A stretch of 64,000 nt of DNA from Bugula neritina (lineage: Eukaryota; Animalia; Bryozoa): the NCBI GenBank assembly GCA_964035545.1, contig OZ037771.1, positions 4,928,990 through 4,992,989 of the forward strand, written 5' to 3'. The notes under the pieces were generated by a model, which made no database searches, was not told the DNA's origin, and saw nothing but the letters and a program-made list of their open reading frames with translations. Positions 26,401 to 38,200 of this stretch are shown here, piece by piece. The position numbers were made by a program, and so were the translations under genes. Numbering within the stretch: position 1 is the first letter of the stretch; every line of letters begins with the position of its first letter.

Positions 26401-29400
26401 GTTGTATAGTCGAACAAGCTACCAGCGAAAGCGTAAAAGACACGCCTACATAAAGAACAAAGTCGCTAATTTTAGTCGTCCTATTGTAGTACTTAGGAGT
26501 TATCTTTATCTTTTACTTAGCCCAGAAGTTGACATAATATTATATAATAGCGCAGAGAATTGCAACTTGAAAAGCACATGTGATCTATTACTATATAAAC
26601 GACATAGGTGAAAGGTTATAAAACGGCACAATAATAAACACATACTCCAACAAATGAAAAATATTTTCAGATTAATTCCGCTATACATTGAGACTTAAAT
26701 TTCATAAACCCAGTGCCAAAATAATTATTTGTTAGATATCAGAACCACAGGGCAGTCATAAATATTAGGTAGTACAAGCTTTTATATCCTACTAATAGGC
26801 AGAAAATGTTGCATAGAAAATTTTACAAGCCCACATGTACAAGGAATATTACTAAATAGGTACACATCTAGCAAAGTCATATTGCTTCCATTAAAGAGTA
26901 GCAAACACTTGCAAGAATTTCCAGCATTCTTGCAAGAATCTTGCAACAACATAAGACAATAATATACAGTTATATAAGTTACATAGGCTTTGTGAATTAT
27001 CACTCATTAATACAATTTAAATTATTACTTATAGAGAGATTGCCCATAATTAATTGAAGACAGCTGGTGTGTAACATATTACAGCATGCTAATTATTATA
27101 CAAGGTGTTACAGTGTACCAAATGAACTTCTCAATATATCCCTCTATATCTCTATTAGGAAAGAGAGAAAGAATAACTCTTAAGAATACCAAATAAAGAT
27201 AATACCAGTATAATAAAAAGAGTATTTTGAAAGCAATATTTTCAGACAATGCTGTTAAATATAGATAAGTGTTTATATCTTCTTCTCTACACTGGATTAT
27301 AACTGTTAAATACCAAATGAAATATCATGCACTTATATACTGCGTCTCTGGTCATGTGCAATATTTAAATAGGTATTTAGTATGTACCAACACATATGTG
27401 ACCTCCCACCACAAAACAGGGAGCGTTGGTCAGTTTTTCAAAATAGAGTTATTAGTACAAAGTTAAAGAGCAGATCTTTGCAATCATTTTGCAATTTATT
27501 TGAAGTCTCTAGTGCAGATAGAACTCGAGATATTGATATTCAAAAGCCTTGGCGTTTTTAAAACAATCAATTTACGTTTTTGAGAAATTCGCTTTTAAAG
27601 TAAGGAGGTCTGGAATAATTTATGGATTATGTGTTTACATTTGTCAAGCCTTAGCAACGGGCCTTTTTATTCTAGCAAACTGGACAAAGTTGATATCAAA
27701 ACATTTGTTTAAGTATGGGCTTTCAGCTCAACCAGTTTTTACGTTTCCCAAACAAAAAATTAGGTCAAAGATGGCCGCCAAACTTGTTGTAACTTTATTT
27801 TCCCCGAATAGCTATTAAATTGTGATAACAGTTGAAAATTTTGCTACTTTCAGCACATATAAGGACCTTTAAGCACTTTTTTGCACCGACATTCATTTGA
27901 ACCAACTATGCTAACTAGGTGTCGTATGAAACAAAATGGCAGCCATTTCCTGTTTTACGTTTGCTATTTCCCTCATTATTAATATCTCATGTAACATGTC
28001 CAACTGTAGCTATTGAGCCATGCCATTCGATAGTATCAATTGTTTCATGCGTAAAAATCATATGAGAGAATCATTCAACTATTATGATATTATACAAAAT
28101 TTATTCAGTCATACAGTTACAATGTAGAGTGATCAAAAGTTACACATAGGGAATCAGTTGAGATATTGAGTATTCATACAAGAAAATAAGGTATAAGTTA
28201 TTTTTAATCTTCAAATCAATTATTATAAACAGATAAAAGTGTAGAAATTCAGCATAAATGAAACTTAAATTAATTCATATAGCAGAAAGACTGCTTAGGC
28301 CTCAGGTGATTCTTATGGTCTCTGAATCTTTGTCCTTGTTCTTCATAGCGTGAGTTTACAGAGTATAAGCACATAACCAAGAGTTTAATTGCTGCTACAA
28401 ACGATATTCCAGTAGTCAAAGTTAATAGATGCTGCTACTATAAATCTACCCTGTTCATCTATAGCCACTTAGACCTGCAATTATAATATTAAACTTATTT
28501 TTAGATAATAAAAGAGAACAATAGTGCATTAGAAATTAAATCTGGCTATAAAATGTAATTGTTTTAACACCATTTAACTACTATATTACAGCAGCTAATA
28601 ATTATTGAGCAATTTCTCAACATTTAAGTTTATAGCCAGTTTGAAGGCACATTTGCAAACTAGTTATTTATAAAATTTCTGAGCATAATGAAATACTAGA
28701 CACCTTTTTTCGAGTAAAGTTAGCAGAAGCTATAAGCTTGCAAGCGGTAGCTCTCCAAATGCAGGGAGTCCGGATCACAAGTGTAAGAATGATAGGTTAT
28801 ATGCAGCATGCTCTTGAGCTGTATAGGCGACATACCAAACAGCACCTCATCGACAAGTTCCATCATGTTGCCCTCACATCTTCACTTTCCTAAAATGAAA
28901 ATAATGTTATATTCTTGAATAATAATCATGATGTAGTAATAATAATATTTTCTTTTTCTATTGCCATCAAAAATTAAGTCATTTGAATATTTAGCATGTT
29001 TGAATCTGCAGTACTAAAGCAATGAGCTTGTATTTGAAAAATAAAACAACTAATTAATCAATATACTATTTAACATTCAATTCAAAGTGAGTAGACAGAG
29101 CTAGCCAAGTAGCAACAAAACCTACTAAATATAGCTACTGCAAAACCAATTTCAATTCAATTATTTACTTAAATATAAATAAATATAATAAATAAATCAG
29201 CATAAGTAGTTGTAGTACTCCAATTCTATTTTGAAACTGGAAAGTCTTGCATGATAAAAGTGATGTATTCTAATAGTCATAGATAACTATAAGATTTAAA
29301 CTAAGGGTAGCTGTAAGTGTTAGGCTGACAGTGACTAACAACAAGTGACTTGACTTTGACATCATTATTATAGTTTCACTCTTAAAGATCTTAATCACTG

Positions 29401-31743
29401 TTATTATGAATATTATTATTATACTTGAACTTATTCAAATTGAATTACATTCGATATTTCAGTATGAGTATAGATTATGTTAAATATTCATATTCAATAT
29501 AAAAGTAGCGCTCCGCTGACTGTGGACCACTTAACATGCCCAGACTTAAAATTTCTATAAATAATCAATATGAAAATCAAAATGAACATTTAATACTATG
29601 AACTTCAAGTTAATGATAATAATAATATAATATTCAATAAGATTATCACAAGAACTAACTGAAAGAATTACTAATAGTATTAGTGTAATACTGAACCCTA
29701 TTTAATAGTATTATCAATGTGAGTATGAGCATTTAATTTTGAATAAAAATAAAACACTCAATACTAAAAATTTCTAGTTAAAAATATCATCTTTTTAGCA
29801 CCAGCTGTTAAAAATGAAAGTCAAGAAAGCATTTGACCTACATAGGCTAGAGTAAATCACTAAATCAAAATGAAAATGTAATACTATTATTATTTATTAA
29901 TACAAATAACTTAATAAGTATATAACTCGGATTGATTGATATTTTAATCATCATCATGATTATTAATATTATTAAATTCAAAAACTACAGCATTAGAAGT
30001 AGAAGTATAACTTTAACTATAAGTATAAGTTAATAACTACTAGTGAATTATATAATTATTTAGTAGCGTAAATGAGCTATTTTCAGTATAATTACCTGCT
30101 TTGTAGTGATTTAATCATAAAGTCCAAAGATAAAGATCAATATTAAACTACAGCTAAGGAAATTAGTTGCGTTAAAAGCGGTTTTTGTAAACTGCGTAAA
30201 CGGAAAAGCGGAAATTTCTGCAAAAACGGCGGAAAAGTACTTAACCGAGCAATTTTTTTAGTAATCGCTGCGTAATACTTTTGTGTATGCACGAAGCATA
30301 GGTTTTAGTTGAAAAATGACACAACTCTAAAATTAAAATAATCTTGCATTAAGAAAACCTCGGCAACGTGTTAAGTACTTAGTCTATTTCATCCCTCACA
30401 ACCAACGTGATATCTTCAACTCTACAAGTACACCCCTTCAACTGAACAGCTTATATCTTTTTGCTTGAACCTAAAATTCTCACTTCGACTTTCCAATATA
30501 ACAAATAAAGCTAGAGATGGGTAAGCTCAATCTGCTTATAAATTATTAATAACATTTTTAAACTAAATAATTGTCGATTAAAATAATAATCTAAATCATA
30601 TTAACGATTAAATTTAATAAATAATAATTATAATATTAATATTAATAGAAATATTAATAATACTAATACTAATACTAATAGTAATACTAATACTAATAGT
30701 AATAGTAATACTCAATAGTAATAGTATCACTTTTACTAATACTAATAGTAATACTAATAGCGTTTAATTAATAATATAAATAATAATTAATATACTTATA
30801 CTTATAGTTATAGTGATAATTATATATTAACTTATAGATTACGATATCATTTCAACTTTAGGTATTGAATTACATTTATTATAATTATAATTATATTACT
30901 AATACTAATATTAATACTAATAGTAATAGTAAATGTAATACTATTAGTATAGCTATTAAACTTAGTGCTACTAGTTCTATTACTATGTCTATTGTCTATT
31001 AGTATTACTATTACTATTAAACTTAGTATAAGTATAAGTATTAGTATTATGTTAATTAATATTTTAGTATTACATTAATTATTAATATTAATAATAATAA
31101 TATAATCATAATGATAATCATTGTCATTATATAAAGTGTAGTATTATTATTAGCCTATTATTTTAATATAATTTTGTATTATTAATAATAATAATTCATA
31201 ATTGTATTGATACTGTAGTAGTAATTCACATCTGCTTATCTTATGTTTATTTTAATTCATTTAATTATATATGTAATTCACTAACCAGTAATTGTTAAAT
31301 GGTATTGTGATATTAATATAAGTTTATAATTATACTTATGGTATATTGATTAATAATTAGTAAGTCTAAGACAAGATGGATAGTAATACTTATACTACTT
31401 GAGTGTTTTATTCAAATCGTTGAGAAAAAGTGCATCAAACTTTCACATTGATGCAGTTGAACTTAAACATATATGTGTTTAATGAATTGGCTATAACACT
31501 CAGTCACATGTTATCTTAAAACCCATTGTATACCCTGTTAAGACTCATTTTGGTCTTGTGGTGCAGATATAGTGTATTTGACATTTGTCTTGTGAAAGTA
31601 ACAGTCTTTTTCATATTAAATAAGCCAAAAAGTCTAGGTTTTTTTTAAGCCAGATTGTTGTTCTGATTATATAATTTGAAGTCAAGAATATTCATTGTTT
31701 AGCATTCATTGTAATGGTCCTGTTGTTTTGATAATTTTTACAG

Positions 31744-32876
31744 ATTATAGAGATATAACTAATTTTGGAAATACATGCTTTTTAAATGCATGTATTCAAA
31801 CTATAAGCCGCACACCACCGCTACAAGTAAATTCTGAGTACATAAATTTTAATTTATCTTTTTCTTAGGGGATTAATATGACTTTAAACCTAGATTTAAA
31901 GTAACTTGTTCTATTTATATAGGAAATAAATGGTCATGTTTTTTCATACTGTAATCGAGAAGTAGATCACTGTTTTGGTCTTTTGGTCTCACTTTAGTGT
32001 TTTTTTTGGTTATATATGTTTCATTTGTTACTGTGCCAGTAGCAATTCCACAGATCAAGGGCTGAATTTCATGGCTAACGATAAATTTCAAATCCCTTAT
32101 CAAAAACCAAATGTATAATTGACATTTTAATCAAGAATAGCCACCAATTAAGGCTTCTTTTACATACATATTTTGTTTTTAGAGGTTTTACCTGATTTCA
32201 TGAATAATGAGCAGCATGATGTTGCCGAGGTATTAATGGAAGTTTATAACATGCGATGCAATAGGTTGGGTAACATTAACATTGCTTGAACACATTTGTT
32301 GCTTATGTATAGTTTATAATTCCTAAAGTGACAGTTAGTAGGTACACTAAACACTTATGCTCTTTTCTTCAATGGGACAAAATTGTTCTGGTCAGAAGTT
32401 GAATAGTTGACTAAATGTCATTTCTGCAATGCTGAAACAGCATTTGCTCAGTCAATGAATTTATTACCAGTTCCTCTATTAGAGGTGATTTGGCAACAAA
32501 TAGAACATTTATTTTATTGGCACTATAGCATCACGTTTTTGTATTGGCTATTTTATTTGTTACAGAGTGAGGTCACACTGCAGGGCATCAATTCAGTTCC
32601 AAGAAACTAGATGGATATGTTTTCGAAGGGTACTTTGTGCATTTTATGTTTACATAATATTTTGGACCATATTCTTGAGAATTTTTGACTACTGAATAAA
32701 TACTCATGTTACTATTTTCCAACTCTAGTAGTCTAGATATAACTGTACAACTGTCTCAGTTTACAAAGCTTCCAAAAGTCTTAGCTATCACTTTGAAAAG
32801 ATTTGATGAACCAGGAGTCAAGTTAACTAAAAACTTGGAAGTACTGGATTTGCTTTATATAACAGATAAGAGTAGG
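31744..32876 (+). pseudogene. Decayed multi-exon ubiquitin-specific protease (USP/C19) inside the TIR element
   Basis: AG/GT-bounded pieces in USP order: Cys box ITNFGNTCFLNACIQTI (31744-31826); FMNNEQHDVAE (from 32183); KLFWSEVE*LTKCHFCNAE..NLLPVPL (stop at 32404); frameshifted KKLDGYVF; FTKLPKVLAITLKRFD..KLTKNLEV (to 32876). His box not confidently seen. Confidence 0.8.
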
Positions 32877-32999
32877 GTGAGAAGTATTTAACAAATACTT
32901 GTATACAAAGAGGCACAATACAAGAGCAGTTTATTGCTGTTGCAGGAACAAAGATTTAATTAGCTCCAAGAATAAATGCAATAGGTATTACGGACATTC

Positions 33000-33688
33000 T
33001 GGTTCTAATAACTGTGATAAAGGTACAGCTGTATAATCAGCTATATTGTTTATTTTTTGCTGTGTGTTTTGTCATTAGCTTTGCACTTGTGAAGAAAATT
33101 GTAATTTGTTGATTGTTTGTTTTGGCAGCTTTGTTTGTGTTCAAGAAGAGAATCCTTGGAATATTTCCCTGCGCTACTCACTGTTACAAATTCATAGGAC
33201 TTGCTTGCTAGCATGTGCAAGTCCTTTGAAGTTGACTGCTGAGTTGACAGAACAGTAAACCACCAGCTCCGTCACAAGACTCCAATGTAATCAAGTTGCT
33301 TTTTACAAATTGGTTTGGTTTCAATGTAGCTGTCACACCACTGTGATTGCGATTGTCACTTTCAAAGTAAAGAATGACAGCTGATTGTTCCATTATTATT
33401 TACATATTTCCTCTAGATCGTATTGTAGCATCAAAGAAGACCTACTGAGAACATATTGATTTATTTAGCGGTATTTTAACTGTTAGCAAGACTTTGCAAA
33501 ATGTATACATTCATATTAGGTGTTTAGGGCATTAAAGCTTTGATAAGCTGTTGCATATTTGCAATTATATGCAAGGCGTTATAAGCCATGACGAAGTTTC
33601 AGTTGTTCAGCATTTTGGTGACATTTCGTCAGCAAATATGTTTTTGTAATTTTTATTTGCTGTGCCTTGAACACATCTTTATACAAAA
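33000..33688 (-). pseudogene. Heavily decayed coding remnant, possibly the element's transposase
   Basis: Begins after a tttttag acceptor at 33689. Coding-like composition with several stops (e.g. NVYILQSLANS*NTAK*INMFSVGLL*CYNTI; STQQSTSKDLHMLAS). The identity is inference only. Confidence 0.3.
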
Positions 33689-35016
33689 CTAAAAAATTGA
33701 TTTTTTTTTTTCTTCTTACTTTTACTTATATTATTGCATCATATTTTATGTTTTATTGTATAAATATCAAATAGTTCTTCAAGTTATTGTGTTCTTTGAT
33801 TACATCATGCTGTACAGTAATACATACAAGTTACTAGTATGTACATTTTCACTCACATCTTTACAATATTATTTTAAAGAACAAAAATTTAAAACAACTT
33901 TGCTGCCATGGCTATTCATTTACTTCTAGTGAGTTATCGATCAAAGTTTTGAGCACAAGGCCCAAGTTTGAGGTAGTGGAAGTAAGACACTTTAAGCACA
34001 AAGCTAAAAAGTTCTGCATTTTAACCCATAAGTATTAACTTGGTTTATTTATCAAATTATTTATTTGATGAAATTATACTAATTGAGTCACACTATTTGA
34101 AATAGCATTGTACTATAAATACTAACGATAGTTCTACGTTTTATAGTTAAAGTTTGAAAATACTCATGAGCATGATAACAATAATAAGCATTTTTTTATT
34201 ATAACAATTACATGCAACGATAAATATTAACTTATTTTCACTGTAGTTTTTAATGAGATATTTTAATGGGAATTTCGATAAAAAAAATAATATTATGCTG
34301 GCTAGATAACTTAAGTCGTACGAATGTTAGTTGAACAACTAAAATTTAGTTAATAGTAAAACATCGAAGGTTTTGGTATCTATGCAACTACGAGAATCAC
34401 AATTATTGGGCTCGGTTTTGTAGTTTAAAAGTTAATTATTAGCAGGTAAAAATGTAATTGTCAACATCATAATAAAAACTAGTTGTGTAACTAAACTCTT
34501 TGTGCGCCGACGGCTTGGATGTTTCGTGATTTTATGGCCACGCTCACGCAACCAGATTTTATGTTTAAAAGTAGTCGTTAGAAGTTTTTTTGAGTTGTTT
34601 TCTCCTGTTTACGTTTCCGCCACTTTTTTCCGCCTTTACGTTTACGCAGTTTACAAAAACCGCGTTAAAAGCTAACTTAATCTTTGCAGCCAGCGCCAAA
34701 AATAGCTAATACTAAACTTAGTTTCAGAAGTAGGCTTCCTATCATGCGAGCAGAATGCAAGAGCTACCTTTATTAAACAAAGAATTATTTGTAGGATTCC
34801 GCGCTATGAAATGTTTTAATTTCATTTTCGTAATAGTAATGATAACTCCGAGTCAACTTGACTACGATCCGCCATTTTGAAGAAATATTTAATGCATAGT
34901 TACCAACTTTAGAGTTGATTTTGAGGTTGAAGGAATTAGCAAATGCTTGCGAAAATAAGATATTTGAAATCCTCGAGTTTTTCTGTATAAGAAAAGTTTA
35001 AAATGTGAGAACTGGC

Positions 35017-35290
35017 TGTTGAATGTGTTGCCATTGTGTTTAGTATTTATTATGAAATACGTTATTGATTGCTGATTTAAATTATCGAGCAAACTGACTG
35101 ACTGATTTAATTATTTGATAATAAAATATTTATTAGAATGAAAAACAGCGTGATGGTTTTGTATAATATAAAACGGAAGAGAAGGGGTAAACAAGTATAC
35201 AGCGATTCTAGTACAGCAATTAGTTAGTACATTGTCACGTGATTGTTATGAATGTGATTAGCGATAGGATCGCATGATTGTTTCTCAACA
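35017..35290 (-). repeat. 3' LTR of the copia element
   Basis: Direct repeat of 39387-39660; no differences seen by eye. Confidence 0.95.
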
Positions 35291-35297
35291 CGCCCCC

Positions 35298-38200
35298 TCA
35301 AGCATGTGATTTGATAGCTAGTAGCTCCAGGGCAATTCTGAGATTGGTTTTAGGCAAGCTCTTAGTCATGACATTGGCAGGGTTCTCAGCTCCTCTGATG
35401 TGTTGGTATACTATGGTGGTTTGCTCTCTGACAATGTGGAATCTAATGTCAATGTGTTTGCTCCTCTGATGTGAGTATGGTTGTCCCTTGGTGAGGGCAA
35501 TGGCTCCAAGGTTGTCAGTGAAAAGTGTGTTAGGGTTAGGCTGTTTCATCTTGAATGTTTTGCACAAAGTCTGTAGGAATAGCATCTCCTTTGTAGCTTC
35601 GGCTAATGCCATGTATTCGGCCTCGCATGATGATAAGGCCACTGTGGGTTGTCGTCGGCTGTTCCAACTTATAGGGGCTCCACCCAGTGTGAATACATAT
35701 CCTGTAGTTGATCTTCGTGTAGAGGTTTCTCCGCCCCAATCTGCATCCACATAGCCCACTAGTTCTTGTTGATTGGGAGTGAATCTCAGATTGAATCCTT
35801 TTGTACCTTTAAGGTATCGTAGCAGCCGTTTCAAGGCAGCAATATGTGCAGGCCCAGGTCTTTCTAAGTGTTGGGAGAGCTTCCCAATGATCCATGCTAG
35901 GTCTGGACGTGTGGCAGTCATTAGGTATATGAGAGAACCTATAACTTGTCTGTAGGGGTAGTCCTTTGAATGCTCATGTTCGTCGTCTGTTGCTTTTTCT
36001 AGTTGTAAGTCCTTTTCAGCAGGAGTATATACAGGGTTGCAATTTGCCATATTGTAGGTGTTCAGCAGCGTGTCTATGTAGCGCTCCTGTGACATAGTGT
36101 ACTGGTCCTCATGTCTCCTGAAGTCTATCCCCAGGAACCAGCTTAATTCTCCTCTATCATCCATGTTGAATTTTTGTTGCATCATAGATTTGGTTTGTGT
36201 GATTCTGTTGTCGTCTCGGCAGCAGAGAAGGATGTCATCAACCCAGAAAAGAATGATGATGTTGGCTGATTTATCTGAAGGGTCCTCTTTTGAGTATAGG
36301 CAAGGGTCTCCAGCACCAGGTGTGAAGCCTTGCTCCTTGAGGAAAGTGGTCAGTGTTTGGTGCCAATTGCGTCCGCTTTGCTTGAGGCCATAAATGGATT
36401 TGTTGAGACGACAAGAAAGCTTCCCTTGTTTGTTGGTTTCTTCGTACCCTTCAGGCTGTTGTAGATAAATTTCCTTATCGATTGGTGCGTTTAGGTACGC
36501 TCCTTTAACATCTAGTTGATGTATTTTCATGTTTTCATTTGCTGCTTTCTGTAACAGCAATCTGATAGATGTGAATCTGGTGGTTGGACTGTAAGTTTCG
36601 TCATAGTCAACTCCTTGTATTTGTGAAAATCCTTTTGCTACATATCTAGCTTTATGTTGAGTTTCACCTGGCGTTTTTCCCTGTTTGAGGGTATAAACCC
36701 ATCTGCCCTTGGTCTCTGTCCTGTCTTCAGGTAGCGGCTGGATAGACCAGGTGTTTGAATCACGTAGGGTGTTTATTTCCTTGTCCATGGCTTTCTTCCA
36801 GGCTTCTTTATCTTTTGAATTTACAGCTTCTTGGTAGGACAGTGGTATGTTTGCCATCAGTGAGCAAGCATAGTCAGTGTCTTCTATGTCATAGTCCTGT
36901 AGGTATGTAGGAGGCTTTCGTTTCCGTTCCGATTTACGTGGTTCAGGTTGGTTGGTGGCCTTTGCCGGATCTGGTGCAGGTTCTTGTGGTATGGTATTCT
37001 GAGTACCATTTCTGCTGTTTAGTGCGGGTCCTTGTGGCATGACGTTCATTGCGTCATTTCCGCATGTTTGTGCAGGTTCTTGTGGCATGGTATTCTGGGT
37101 ACCATTTCTGCTGTTTTGTGCGGGTCCTTGTGGTATGGCGTTCATTGCGTCATTTCCGCATATTTGTGCAGGTTCTTGTGGCATGGTATTCTGAGTACCA
37201 TTTCTGCTGTTTTGTGCGGGTCCTTGTGGTATGACGTTCATTGCGTCATTTCCGCATATTTGTGGTATGACATTTCTGGATGTAACAATTTTCTGATTAG
37301 GGGTAAGTATAAGGTAGCCTTGGGCCTTTGTGTTGACACCAAGATATATGCCGCTTTGTCCGCGGTCACTGAGTTTTAACTTATTTCCCTCTGAAAAGAA
37401 TGTGCATTGGGATCCAAAATTGTGAATTTTCCTCATGTCGGGTAGCGTGCCTGTGAATAACTCATAAGCTGTCTTTCCCGTCCGTCTCTGGTAGCTTCGG
37501 TTTCTTAGGTACTTAGCATGGTCAGCGGCAAAACTCCAGAAAGTCTTGGGGAGATTTGAATCTTTAAGTAGGCATCGTGCTGTGTCCATTATGGTGCGCC
37601 AAGTCCTCTCTGATTTACCATTCTGGTAGGATGAGTAGGGTGCTGTAGTGGTGTGTTTGATTCCCCTCTCGCGTAGCACGGCTTCAAATGGCTGTCCAAG
37701 GTACTCCATGCCGTTGTCAGTATGGATCTCCTTCACATTTCCTATAGGTGCCACATCTGCAATGAATTGCTTAAGTGCAGTGGTGGCATCACTTTTGTGG
37801 CGTATATTGTAGGTGAACAACATACTGGAAAATTCATCTATGAAGTTTATTATGTAGTTTTGTCCTCCTCTAGCAGTTGGTGTGATGGGTCCGCATAAGT
37901 CAGAGTGTACACGTTGTAGAGGTTGTGTAGCTAGTTCAGGTTTATCGTCTTGTTTGTGAGGTTGTTTGGTGATTTTACTTTCGTCACATGTCTTGCATGC
38001 AATTTTTAATTTTGCTCCAGTTATGGTCATACCTGTTGTCACTTTCTCCAGCTCAATTATGTCATTGGTGTTCATATGACCCAGTGCCCTGTGCCAATCG
38101 GGCAGCGATTTTGCGGTGTTTATTGAGTCACCTGTATGGGTTGTCTTGAGGAAGTACAATCTGCCTTTGGGCATAATTGGAAAAGTTATCCTGTCGACTG

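Larger units (their letters stand above)
30179..34662. mobile_element. 4.5-kb TIR DNA transposon with a 9-bp TSD, carrying decayed genes (superfamily unresolved; MULE or Academ-type are candidates)
   Basis: Perfect 24-bp TIR CGGTTTTTGTAAACTGCGTAAACG at 30179 and its reverse complement ending at 34662, extending imperfectly to ~35 bp. Direct repeat CGTTAAAAG at 30170-30178 and 34663-34671; 7-bp or 11-bp readings are also possible. Confidence 0.85.

Noticed and set aside
32946-33010. USP His box (EQRFN*...GHSGS)
   Set aside because: It needs a stop and a frameshift and lacks the GHY motif, so it could be chance.
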